This document shows positions 1 through 9,635 of a stretch of 64,000 nt of DNA, piece by piece. The notes under the pieces are model-generated. The model had not been told where the DNA came from. It did not search any database and worked only from the letters and a program-made list of their open reading frames with translations. The stretch comes from an uncultured virus (IMG/VR IMGVR_UViG_3300044633_000831) (taxonomy: Duplodnaviria > Heunggongvirae > Uroviricota > Caudoviricetes). Position 1 is the first letter of the stretch. Each line of letters opens with the position of its first letter. Position numbers and translations under genes: made by a program. The DNA lies in IMG/VR virus record IMGVR_UViG_3300044633_000831. One strand, written 5' to 3'.

Positions 1-370
1 AAAGCAACGTCCATTGACGTCAATGCTTTGTTTAATCGGAATGGTGGTCTAGCTGTATTTGAAAAAGAATACATAGGCTTTAAATCTGTAGAATACTAGT
101 AATAGTAACAATTTTGTAATGATATACAAAGCACCTGAAAGTTATATCTTAAAAATACCTGTAAGTGTTGGTCCGGAGGTAGCCAATAGCAAAAGTCTAC
201 AGTCATATAAATTCTTACTGCAAATTCCATGGCGATGGGGTGAAATCATGCATCTATTTTTATTAGGGTGCATCTGACTTCAAAAGTGATATCTCTTTAT
301 TAAAATAATTAAATTATAAATGAATTAATATAATTTAATTGTTTTTTCATTATTGTTGTTAGAGAGAATA

Positions 371-415
371 GTATTGAGCGATAGCGAAATACAGATGAAC
401 GTTAGTTCATCTTTT
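371..415. other. Two adjacent hairpins (GTATT-GA-GC-GATA-GC-GA-AATAC and GATGAAC-GTTA-GTTCATC + TTTT); possible terminator or origin element
   Basis: Inverted repeats at 371-392 and 394-411; the second is followed by a short T run. Confidence 0.5.
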
Positions 416-478
416 AATATGAAATATATTTTTTAATAAATATTCATATTATATAAGGGATATCCTTAAAGGACTATT

Positions 479-1357
479 ATGAAAGTACGTGAAATTATTC
501 AACCACACCAAAATTTAAATGAAGGATTTACTGATGATTTGTTCTCATCAGGTCTAACTACTGCAATAAAAAATTACATGGCACCTACTGGCGGTAGACT
601 TGATAAATCTATAAAAGTTGGTAGCAGAATACGAACAGGCGGTGTAGCTATTCTTAAATTGTTAGGAGCTATAGGAGTGCCAATTTGGAACTACAACAGC
701 AACATGCTAATCTATGATGAACAGCTAGCTTCAAAAAAAATTACACAAGACCAATTTGACCAACGTCACCAATACGAGATGGGTATGATGGTATCACTAA
801 TTGCGTCAGGAATGGCAGTACGGCTTGTTGGCCAAGCAGCAATAACTGCTATTGGATATTTAGTTAGCGCAGTGCCGCTAGTAGGTTATGTTTTTGGTCC
901 AATAATTAAAGCTTTCTCTCCAGAACTTACCCTAGCATTAATGTATTATATTAATACTGATAAAGGACGCACTATAATTGCAAAACTTATTTGTGCATCG
1001 GTACTGAACGATGATCATGGAATGGAATTTATTGGGTGGAATGCACTTAAAATTTCAATAAATGACGTTAAAGAAATGGTAGCTAAAGTAGTTAAAATGT
1101 CAAAAGAAGAAATTGCAGAATTGACAGGCCAAGATAAACCAACTGATCCGACTGCACCTGTACAACCAGATCCTGCTAAACCAACTGATCCAACTAAACC
1201 AGCTGATCCAAATGCACCTGTACAACCAGATCCAACTAAACCAGCTGAGCCTGAAGTAGATCCAGCTAGTTATGCAAATACAAATGTACCTGGATCTAGA
1301 TATACTGATACTACTAGATTTAAAAGAAATGCTAACGGTGATTTAATATTAAAGTAA
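479..1357 (+). CDS. Hypothetical virion/internal protein with hydrophobic helices and Pro-rich (KPTDP/PVQPDP) repeats
   Basis: 292-aa ORF, AAGGA RBS, ATAAATA at 436-442; MKVREII...LNE N-terminus resembles head-protein leaders of T4-like phages. Confidence 0.65.
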   Translation: MKVREIIQPHQNLNEGFTDDLFSSGLTTAIKNYMAPTGGRLDKSIKVGSRIRTGGVAILKLLGAIGVPIWNYNSNMLIYDEQLASKKITQDQFDQRHQYEMGMMVSLIASGMAVRLVGQAAITAIGYLVSAVPLVGYVFGPIIKAFSPELTLALMYYINTDKGRTIIAKLICASVLNDDHGMEFIGWNALKISINDVKEMVAKVVKMSKEEIAELTGQDKPTDPTAPVQPDPAKPTDPTKPADPNAPVQPDPTKPAEPEVDPASYANTNVPGSRYTDTTRFKRNANGDLILK

Positions 1358-1360
1358 TAA

Positions 1361-1576
1361 TTACATAAGTGGCATACGTGACACTTTTGTTAATTCAATG
1401 TTATCTTTAATTATATCATACATAATGTTACGATCTTCCTGACCTAAATTATATAGAAGATCGTTAATATCTATACCACCTCGCATATACCAACATATTC
1501 TATATAATTCAAGTTTAAGTCGTTTAACATCGTTGTCTAGCCTAGTGAGATAATCACCAATGTCGCCGCGCGACAT
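1361..1576 (-). CDS. T4 gp51-like baseplate hub assembly protein (possibly expressed as a -1 frameshift extension of gp26)
   Basis: Small helical ORF (ELYRICWYMRGGI...EDRNIM..II) directly downstream of the gp26-like gene; no well-spaced RBS. Confidence 0.6.
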   Translation of the reverse strand: MSRGDIGDYLTRLDNDVKRLKLELYRICWYMRGGIDINDLLYNLGQEDRNIMYDIIKDNIELTKVSRMPLM

Positions 1577-1581
1577 TCCAA

Positions 1582-2406
1582 CTAGGCGGGAGCGAAAAAA
1601 TTTGCTTGATCTAAATCAATTGAGACTTTTGAATCATGTCCACATGCTGTGCATTTAACATTAACATCTGGAATTTTCCAAGTGTCTTTATTAACGTTAA
1701 ACTGCGCTCTTATTTTGTCAAAAATATCTTTATCACAATTTGTTAACCAATCAAATATAAAATTAGGTTCTGTAACTACGATATTTCCAGTATCTACTGA
1801 TTCAACACTAGCTGAATAGATATCATTTTGTATAGTGCCCAATTCTTTAAATAGTTGATTAACGATTTCTTTTTGTTTTTCTTCTGGTTCTGAACTTGAT
1901 GCAACTAATCGTTGTTGCAATTTAAAATTACGAAGTGAAAACTCAGTCGTTTGTTTATAAGTTAACGGCTGTAATTTTATTGTTAACGAGCCATGATGTA
2001 TTGTATTTTCGTACTTGCATTTACTAAAATGATCAACCACTGTACCTAAGTCAACATCATAATCATTTTCTTCACCGCATTTCGGGCAATTATGAATAAT
2101 TTCTAAAACATTTCCAAATGTTGCAATTCTTATTGATGTTAGTAATAAATCAGTATCTAACGATGTTATTTCCCATGCATCTTTAACATTTGGGCAACAA
2201 CTGTTAATAATCGAAACTGTACTTTCACCTGATAATAACGCATCAGGTGTTTTTACAATAATCTCATCCATACCTGTCATACTAAAAATTGGCATGTGAG
2301 TTGCGTCGCCTGTTAAACTGCCTAGCTTATTGTATATTCCGCCTGACGGTAGCGAAACAAAGATTTTTGGTTGTCTATAAAACTCTTGTAAAGGATTTTG
2401 TGCCAT
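1582..2406 (-). CDS. T4 gp26-like baseplate hub assembly chaperone
   Basis: N-terminal P...LPS.G, MT..DE, D..LL..IRIA, two CxxC motifs (CPKC, CTAC), C-terminal NFF; GGAG RBS. Confidence 0.8.
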   Translation of the reverse strand: MAQNPLQEFYRQPKIFVSLPSGGIYNKLGSLTGDATHMPIFSMTGMDEIIVKTPDALLSGESTVSIINSCCPNVKDAWEITSLDTDLLLTSIRIATFGNVLEIIHNCPKCGEENDYDVDLGTVVDHFSKCKYENTIHHGSLTIKLQPLTYKQTTEFSLRNFKLQQRLVASSSEPEEKQKEIVNQLFKELGTIQNDIYSASVESVDTGNIVVTEPNFIFDWLTNCDKDIFDKIRAQFNVNKDTWKIPDVNVKCTACGHDSKVSIDLDQANFFAPA

Positions 2407-2418
2407 GTATAACTCCGG

Positions 2419-2442
2419 ATAAATATATTAACCGTATTTATA
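2419..2442. promoter_or_regulatory. Overlapping opposed late promoters: ATAAATA (+, 2419-2425) and TATAAATA (-, 2442-2435)
   Basis: Match to the T4 late promoter TATAAATA in the 61-bp divergent intergenic region. Confidence 0.6.
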
Positions 2443-2467
2443 TACACATAATTTTAGGATTTTTAAA

Positions 2468-5400
2468 ATGGCAAGCGAAATTGAACTACTTCAAGAAATT
2501 AAAGACTTATTAAAAAATAGCAATCGAAGTAACTATAGCACAAATACACCATCTACTAATAGTAATAGTAATAGTAGTAGCGTAAGCGGAGATGGCCCTC
2601 TTGGTAAGCTTACCGGAGTAGCTACTGGAGTTGTTGAAGCATTAACAAACGTATGGAGAGGATCTTCATCTGCAGCCGAAGGTCTTGGCGTATTTACATC
2701 TGCGTTATCAAAAAATGGTGGAATATTAGGAAAAGTAATTGGCGACTTAGGTTCTACTGCAATTAACGCAATGAACGATGTTAACAAATCTAATAGAGAT
2801 TCAGTAAAGTACGGCGCTGATTGGGGCAACAATTTAGGCGAATTTGACAAAGCCATTAAAGGCGCAAGGATGACTCATGAAGAATACAATGATATGCTTC
2901 GTACTTCCACGCGTGAACTAGAAGGTGCTGGATCAAACGCTAACAAAACTCAACAAAACTTTTTATCAGTTGCAAAAGGATTACAAGAATCTGATTTAGG
3001 AAATAGACTAAAACAACTTGGTGTTTCGACTGATGAACTTAATCAAATTACAGAAACTTCACTTGCGTTTAACCAAGGCAAAGACTTGTCTGAAAAAACA
3101 GCACACCGAAACGCAATTGAATCTGCAATCAACATGGCCGCAGCTATGGATGAAAACACGCGGGTTTCTGGGATATCTAGAAAGGAACAAGAAGCTAACT
3201 TAAAAAAACAATCTGAAAAAGCATCAACTCAGATGGCGTTATCTATGATGGATCCAGAGGCTCAAGAGCGATATAAAGAAGCCATGAATCAAATGGCTAA
3301 CGCGCCACAGGCAGTTAAAGATGCATTTACTGAAGAATTTACCGGTGGCCTACGAACTAATGACGGAGCTGCTACTATTGCTGGCATGGGAGATGCTGGG
3401 CCAGAGCTTTTAAAAGCAGCTCGAGCATCTGCAGAAGCTAATTCTCCCGAAGCTAGGCAAGCTTCGCAAAAGCAAAATGAAGAATTTCTAGGTAAATTTG
3501 CCGAAGTTCAAAATTCTACTTCGTATAAGCAAATGGGTGTTTTTGCTACCGGTGCAGCTGCTGATAAAACTAGAGAAATGTATACCGGTAATCTTGAATT
3601 ACAAAAAATCAATGCTAAGATAGACGAAGAAAAAAACAAAGGCAACACCATTGATGCAACTACTGCAAGAAATATGCTGTATGAATCGGCTAAATTAGAT
3701 AGAAAAGGCGTTGACGAATCTGGTAAAAAGACTACCGGCGGTGAACTTGGCCAAACTATAAATCAAGCTGATAGTGCATTAAAAGATATGGCAGCAGGTG
3801 CAGGAGTTGCATTTAACGATCTTGTTAAAAGCACTAACAATGTAATTGCTGCAAATCAAAAGTATGTTGACGCAGTAGCTAGACCAAGAACGCAAGAAGC
3901 CGCAACTCCTGCAGCAATTGGAAAAGAAATCGGTGACGCTATTGTAAAAGCACTGCCATTTGATGCTGGAAAATTAGCTGATGCATACAGTAAAAGACAT
4001 CAAGAATTTCAAGAATCTAATAAAAATCGTGAAGAACTTCCAAGTGCAGCGCCAAAACGTTCAACAGGATCACCATCATTTGAAAGTTTTATTAATGGAG
4101 GTAGCGGATTTAACGATATGTTTGAATCGTTTGATCCAAACGGTGAATTAGTAGAATTGCATGGCAAAGAGTTAGTTGCTAATGAAGCGCAAATGAACAA
4201 ACTCTTTAAAGGGATATCAGAACAACTAACTCCTGATATGAAAAATACAGCAGCAACTGCATCAGATTCATCTGCATTAAATTTTGAAGACGTTAAAAAT
4301 ACAGTTGCTAATCAAGCTAATTCTGCAAATCCTCAAATGACTGATGTTAATAAGACATTTACTGCAGTTAACGCTGAAATGAAAAATGTTACTACGCAGT
4401 TATCTGCAGTTGCTGATAAACTTAAAAATATCAACTTTGAACCAGCATTAAAAAATCTTTCTGAACAAACTGCTAAACTTCTTGAAAAAGTTAAACTACC
4501 TGAAGTTAAACCAGTTGAAGTTAAACTACCTGAAGTTAAACCAGTTGAAGTTAAACCTCCTGTAGCTAAACAAGAAGAACCTAAAAAAGAAGAAGTTAAA
4601 CCTCCTGTAGCTCAAACACAAGAACCTAAAAAAGAAGAACCTAAAAAAGAAGAAGTTAAACCTGCAGAAACTAAACCTGTTGAAGATAAATTTGCAGCAT
4701 TATCTAAGACTATTGAATCAGTTACAAACGAAATACAATCCGGTGGTATTAGAACAAAAGAAGGTGCTGAAAAAATGGCATCTCTCGGCCCAGCTGGTGT
4801 GGATTTAGAAAAAGCAATTAAAGCTCATAAAGATGCAACTACTGATCAGCAAAAAGCCGATGCAATTAATGCTGAAAATACTGCTATTGCAAAAATTAAA
4901 GATTATCAACAAAGTAAAACGTTTATTGAACAGCAGCAACAGCATGCAATAATAACTGCAAAAGCTGGATTTAAAGATATTGATCCAATTAAATCAACAG
5001 AAGAACTTAATAAAAAACTATTTGGTGCATTAAAAGTTGACGGTATTGAGAAAAAAGAACAAACTAAAGAACAACCTAAAGCTCCTGAAAAAGTTGAAGA
5101 GAAAAAAGAAGAAAAGGGCTTCTTTGATACTGTGTCGGATGCGTTTGGCAAAGTTGGATCATCAATATCTGGATTATTTAAAGATGATAAACCGGCGTTT
5201 GCAAAAGGTAATGTAAAATACGAAGAAATTTCGCAAGAAGAAAAAGATGCTGCAGATAAAAGATCTCAAGAAGGTATTGGCAAAGTAGATAATAGTCCAG
5301 AAGCAATTGCAGCACAAAAAGCAGAGCTTGAAAGACAGAAAAACTCCGGAAGATATAAAGAAAAAGAACCAGAAAAACCTAAAACTGATGATCTTAAAAA

Positions 5401-6658
5401 ACCTGCAGAGTCTAAAGAAGACGCACATGTGAAAGACATGTACAAAAAGTTTGGTCTTGAAACGTTTAAAGATTATAATACTAGGATGGATGCAGAATCA
5501 AAAGTTGCAAAACCTGCATTAAAACCTGACGAAGTTAAAAAAGACGAAAAAACTAAACTTGATATTGACACTAACGCAACGCCTTTTGTAAATCCTGAAG
5601 AAATTATTAAACAAATTTCATCTAAATCACTGCAGCCTGACTTTTCTAAACCTTTTGCTAATATAAGCGAACAGATACGTAGTGTTAACAAAACACCGAT
5701 GCTAAGTCATGAAGATATCTTTGCTAAAGCACAAGAAATGTTTAAAACCCCTGATATTAGTAGCATGGTTGGGTCTGCTAGCGATACAATGTCAAAAATG
5801 TTTGACGAAAACAAAATGTTTCCAGACATTAAAAATATTAAAGAAGATCAAGCTAACACTGAGGTAAAACCAGTTTCAGCAGCAGATAGTTTAAAAGATA
5901 AATCTGATGCAATTGCAGATTCAATCAATGGTCTTAAATTACCTACTAGTACAGCAGTTCCTGAAGAAAAAACAGAAGATAAAGGGTTCTTTGATACAAT
6001 TTCAGATACATTTAGTAAAGCCGGCTCGTCAATATCAGATTTCTTTAAAGATGATAAACCTGCTGTAGCTACAGAGGATGTAAAATCCAACCCTGATACA
6101 CAAACACCTGAAGAACAAGCAAAAGTATCAGCTGCAATAAAGAAATTAGACAAAGGTGCACAATCAAGAGCAGAAGCCGAAGCAGAAAAAGCTAAATTAA
6201 AAGATGCTAAAGTTACTATAAAAGAACCAGAAAAACCAGTTGTGCCTGCAGCAGTAGTTAAACCTAAGTCTAAAGAAGATCAGCATGTTGATGCAATGTA
6301 CAAAAAGTTTGGTATTGAACGATTTGATGATTATAATGCGCGTAAATCAGCTGAAATTAAGAGCGCACATGCTCAAATTAAAGATTCAGTAACAGACAGA
6401 TCAGGAATAACAGCACAAGATGTTACCCCTCCAGCACCAACTGAGCAACCAAAACCAGCTGAGCAACCAAAACCAGCTGCCCCGCCAGTAGTACAAGCAC
6501 CTGTTGCTAAAGAAGTAACATTAAAAGATTTGCACGATGCATTAATGCAGTTAAATAAGACTATGGGACAAATGGCTCAGCATACAGATGATATAAGCAA
6601 TAATAGCCGCAAACAAATCCAAGCAACAAAAAGTATATCTGGCAATAGATACGCATAA
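2468..6658 (+). CDS. Tape-measure / gp29-like tail-length protein with internal duplications
   Basis: 1396 aa, helical and A/K/E-rich, contains an ELHGKELV motif; adjacent to the gp26/gp51 chaperones. Confidence 0.6.
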   Translation: MASEIELLQEIKDLLKNSNRSNYSTNTPSTNSNSNSSSVSGDGPLGKLTGVATGVVEALTNVWRGSSSAAEGLGVFTSALSKNGGILGKVIGDLGSTAINAMNDVNKSNRDSVKYGADWGNNLGEFDKAIKGARMTHEEYNDMLRTSTRELEGAGSNANKTQQNFLSVAKGLQESDLGNRLKQLGVSTDELNQITETSLAFNQGKDLSEKTAHRNAIESAINMAAAMDENTRVSGISRKEQEANLKKQSEKASTQMALSMMDPEAQERYKEAMNQMANAPQAVKDAFTEEFTGGLRTNDGAATIAGMGDAGPELLKAARASAEANSPEARQASQKQNEEFLGKFAEVQNSTSYKQMGVFATGAAADKTREMYTGNLELQKINAKIDEEKNKGNTIDATTARNMLYESAKLDRKGVDESGKKTTGGELGQTINQADSALKDMAAGAGVAFNDLVKSTNNVIAANQKYVDAVARPRTQEAATPAAIGKEIGDAIVKALPFDAGKLADAYSKRHQEFQESNKNREELPSAAPKRSTGSPSFESFINGGSGFNDMFESFDPNGELVELHGKELVANEAQMNKLFKGISEQLTPDMKNTAATASDSSALNFEDVKNTVANQANSANPQMTDVNKTFTAVNAEMKNVTTQLSAVADKLKNINFEPALKNLSEQTAKLLEKVKLPEVKPVEVKLPEVKPVEVKPPVAKQEEPKKEEVKPPVAQTQEPKKEEPKKEEVKPAETKPVEDKFAALSKTIESVTNEIQSGGIRTKEGAEKMASLGPAGVDLEKAIKAHKDATTDQQKADAINAENTAIAKIKDYQQSKTFIEQQQQHAIITAKAGFKDIDPIKSTEELNKKLFGALKVDGIEKKEQTKEQPKAPEKVEEKKEEKGFFDTVSDAFGKVGSSISGLFKDDKPAFAKGNVKYEEISQEEKDAADKRSQEGIGKVDNSPEAIAAQKAELERQKNSGRYKEKEPEKPKTDDLKKPAESKEDAHVKDMYKKFGLETFKDYNTRMDAESKVAKPALKPDEVKKDEKTKLDIDTNATPFVNPEEIIKQISSKSLQPDFSKPFANISEQIRSVNKTPMLSHEDIFAKAQEMFKTPDISSMVGSASDTMSKMFDENKMFPDIKNIKEDQANTEVKPVSAADSLKDKSDAIADSINGLKLPTSTAVPEEKTEDKGFFDTISDTFSKAGSSISDFFKDDKPAVATEDVKSNPDTQTPEEQAKVSAAIKKLDKGAQSRAEAEAEKAKLKDAKVTIKEPEKPVVPAAVVKPKSKEDQHVDAMYKKFGIERFDDYNARKSAEIKSAHAQIKDSVTDRSGITAQDVTPPAPTEQPKPAEQPKPAAPPVVQAPVAKEVTLKDLHDALMQLNKTMGQMAQHTDDISNNSRKQIQATKSISGNRYA
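4490..4556 (+). repeat. 30-bp in-frame tandem repeat (VKLPEVKPVE x2) at the start of a longer PEVK/EPKKEE low-complexity tract
   Basis: gttaaactacctgaagttaaaccagttgaa occurs twice exactly. Confidence 0.9.
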
Positions 6659-6677
6659 AGATTAAGGAAATATATAT

Positions 6678-8429
6678 ATGGCATGGCGAAAACACTTTTC
6701 ACCGGTTGACACAAACGGTGAAGTTTCACGTACAGTTGGATTATCAAACAATTCAAAAGCAGGTCCTGCTAGAACTAACTATTCTAGTTACCTGCCTGAT
6801 GTTTATACCGGTAGTCCAAATCGTATTGAACGATATCAACAATATGAAGTAATGGATAGTGACCCAGAAATTAATGCAGCACTAGATATTCTTGCTGAAT
6901 TTTGTACACAAAAATTAAAAGATGGTAAAAGTCCATTTAACGTACGGTGGAATAGTAAAGGTACTAATTCAGAAATACGAATTTTAGGTGAATACTTACA
7001 ACAATGGAACAAATTACAACAATTTGATACTAAAATCTTTCGCATTGTTCGTAATGTATTTAAGTATGGTGATGCATTCTTTGTTAGAGATCCTGAAACA
7101 CAAAAATGGAGTTGGGTTGACCCTAGTAAAATTGTAAAAATTATTGTAAATGAAAGCGACGGAAAGAAACCCGAACAATATATTATTAAAGATTTAGCTC
7201 CTAACTTTGAAAATTTAGTTGCTACACAGATAACTCCTAATATCAATCCTAGACAATCAGGCGGCGGTATGACCTCAGGTGCAGGATATATGGGATCACA
7301 AAGCGCACAACGAGGTGCATCAGGACCGTATCCTAGTGCTAGTTCGGGATCTAGATTTGGTATGGCTGAAACAGAATACGCAATTAATGCCGAACACGTT
7401 GTACATTTATCATTATCAGAAGGTTTAGATAACAATTATCCGTTTGGTAACAGCTTATTAGAGAATATTTTCAAAGTTTATAAGCAAAAAGAGCTTTTAG
7501 AAGATGCTATTTTAATTTATCGTATACAAAGAGCTCCTGAAAGACGTGTTTTCCACATTGACGTAGGTAATATGCCAAGTCATTTAGCTATGGCGTTTGT
7601 AGAAAGAGTTAAAAATGAGATACATCAACGTAGAATTCCAAGTCAAAGTGGAGGCGGTCAGAACGTTATTGACAGTGCATACAATCCATTATCAATAAAT
7701 GAGGACTATTTCTTTCCGCAAACTGCAGAAGGACGTGGTTCTAAAGTTGATACACTACCAGGCGGAACTAATCTAGGTGAGATCGACGACTTAAAATTCT
7801 TTACAAACAAATTATTTCGAGGTTTACGGATACCAAGTAGCTACTTACCAACAGGTGCAGATGATTCACAAGCAAGTTTTAATGACGGACGTGTTGGTAC
7901 AGCATACATTCAAGAGTTAAGATTTAACAAATACTGTGAAAGATTACAAAGTTTGATTACAGAATCGTTTACAAACGAATTTAAAATGTATATGTTCTCT
8001 AGAGGAATGAACATTGATGCTAATCTATTTGAATTAGCGTTTAATCCTCCAATGAACTTTGCCAGTGCTCGGCAAGCAGGATTAGATTCAGAAAGAATTA
8101 ATACTTTTAATACAATACAAGCCGTACCTTACATGAGTAAACGCTTTGCACTTAAGAGATTTTTAGGATTAAATGAAGATGAAATGGCAGAAAATGAAAG
8201 ATTATGGGGTGAAGAACAAGGTAAAGGCCAGCCTACACATACAGATGCTGCAGGCGAACTGCGTAGTGCAGGGTTATCCGCAGCAGGTATGGAGGGAGAC
8301 TTAGGTATGGCAGGAAATCTAGCCGCTCCTGCTGATATGGGAATGGGCATGGATGCAGGAATGGGCGGCATGGGCGGTAGCATGCCTCCAGCTGCACCCA
8401 TGGGTGGCGCTGCTCCATCGATAGGATAA
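6678..8429 (+). CDS. gp20: Portal protein (T4 gp20-like)
   Basis: Motifs LLEDAILIYRIQRAPERRVFHIDVGNMP, EDYFFP..GRGSKVDTLPGG.NLGEIDD, LRIPSS. Confidence 0.96.
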   Translation: MAWRKHFSPVDTNGEVSRTVGLSNNSKAGPARTNYSSYLPDVYTGSPNRIERYQQYEVMDSDPEINAALDILAEFCTQKLKDGKSPFNVRWNSKGTNSEIRILGEYLQQWNKLQQFDTKIFRIVRNVFKYGDAFFVRDPETQKWSWVDPSKIVKIIVNESDGKKPEQYIIKDLAPNFENLVATQITPNINPRQSGGGMTSGAGYMGSQSAQRGASGPYPSASSGSRFGMAETEYAINAEHVVHLSLSEGLDNNYPFGNSLLENIFKVYKQKELLEDAILIYRIQRAPERRVFHIDVGNMPSHLAMAFVERVKNEIHQRRIPSQSGGGQNVIDSAYNPLSINEDYFFPQTAEGRGSKVDTLPGGTNLGEIDDLKFFTNKLFRGLRIPSSYLPTGADDSQASFNDGRVGTAYIQELRFNKYCERLQSLITESFTNEFKMYMFSRGMNIDANLFELAFNPPMNFASARQAGLDSERINTFNTIQAVPYMSKRFALKRFLGLNEDEMAENERLWGEEQGKGQPTHTDAAGELRSAGLSAAGMEGDLGMAGNLAAPADMGMGMDAGMGGMGGSMPPAAPMGGAAPSIG

Positions 8430-8437
8430 ATAGATAT

Positions 8438-8674
8438 ATGATACTACGAGAACTTTTTTACATTGACCCTAACACAAGACATGTTGCAAGCGATATGCGG
8501 TATAATCCAAATGATGATAAATCGTTAATGCAGCGGTCAGATACGCGCAAGACACGGTTGTCTCTCAGACAAATTAACGAATTACGTAAGAGCAGCGAAG
8601 CTCATATTTTAGAACAAGAGGTTGAATTAGCATTTGTTCATTCAATGTATTCAACACCGCCCCCGGCGGCATAA
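8438..8674 (+). CDS. Small head-module hypothetical protein
   Basis: 78-aa ORF between portal and scaffold; ATAAATA immediately upstream. Confidence 0.7.
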   Translation: MILRELFYIDPNTRHVASDMRYNPNDDKSLMQRSDTRKTRLSLRQINELRKSSEAHILEQEVELAFVHSMYSTPPPAA

Positions 8675-8786
8675 ATAATTTCTAAAATATTAAAAAACCA
8701 CCGGTTTGACCCCATATTTACGTTCTTTTTTATAAGTAGTGTAAATATAAGACAGCCTTGTATAAAATTTATCACAGGAGATTAAC

Positions 8787-9632
8787 ATGACTGACCGTAC
8801 AAAATTTGAAGCCATGCTTGAGGCATTGATCAACGAAGATCATGAAGCAGCAAAAGATATTTTTCACAACATTGTAGTAGGTAAATCACGCGAGATTTAC
8901 GAAAGATTATTAGCAGAAGAATTTGAAGAAGAAGAAGATGATGCTGAAGATGATTCTGAAGATGACGCATTTGGTGATGATGAAGAAGGCGAAGACGATG
9001 ACATGTTTGGTGCTGACGACGAAGAAGGCGAAGACGATGACATGTTTGGTGATGACGACGAAAACGATGAATTTGGTGATGACGAATTTGGTGATGAAGG
9101 CGATGAAGGTTTAGAAGACCGCGTTCTTGATTTAGAAGATGCATTAGACGAATTAAAATCAGAATTTGAACAATTATTAGCCGGCGAAGAAGATGAACCA
9201 GAACATGATGACATGTTTGGCGGCGACGAATTAGGCGACGACGACATGGCCGGTATGGATGACATGGGCAGCGACGAATTCGGCGCAGGGGAAGAAGAAA
9301 ATGAATTCCAAAGCATGTTTGAATATGTAAACAAAGTTGCATTACCTAAACATGGTAACAACGGTGATAACAACACAAGTTTGTTTAATAAACCTAAATA
9401 CAATGACATGGGCGGCGTAGCTCCTAAATTTGGTGGCACAGCTTCAGGCGAAGGCACTAAAGGTGGATTATTAAAACCTACAACAACTAAAATGGACGGT
9501 GGAAACCAAAATGTACCTGGCAACGCAAAAGCTCCTAAGTTACAAAAAGTACCTGCAGGACACGGTAGTGAAAGAAAAGGCACTGGCGAAAAAGCAGCAA
9601 ACACAAGAAGTTTGATACCAGGTAGAAAGTAA
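8787..9632 (+). CDS. Highly acidic prohead core/scaffold protein
   Basis: D/E-rich tract with 39-bp tandem repeats (8982-9059); head-module position; AGGAG RBS. Confidence 0.7.
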   Translation: MTDRTKFEAMLEALINEDHEAAKDIFHNIVVGKSREIYERLLAEEFEEEEDDAEDDSEDDAFGDDEEGEDDDMFGADDEEGEDDDMFGDDDENDEFGDDEFGDEGDEGLEDRVLDLEDALDELKSEFEQLLAGEEDEPEHDDMFGGDELGDDDMAGMDDMGSDEFGAGEEENEFQSMFEYVNKVALPKHGNNGDNNTSLFNKPKYNDMGGVAPKFGGTASGEGTKGGLLKPTTTKMDGGNQNVPGNAKAPKLQKVPAGHGSERKGTGEKAANTRSLIPGRK

Positions 9633-9635
9633 TAT

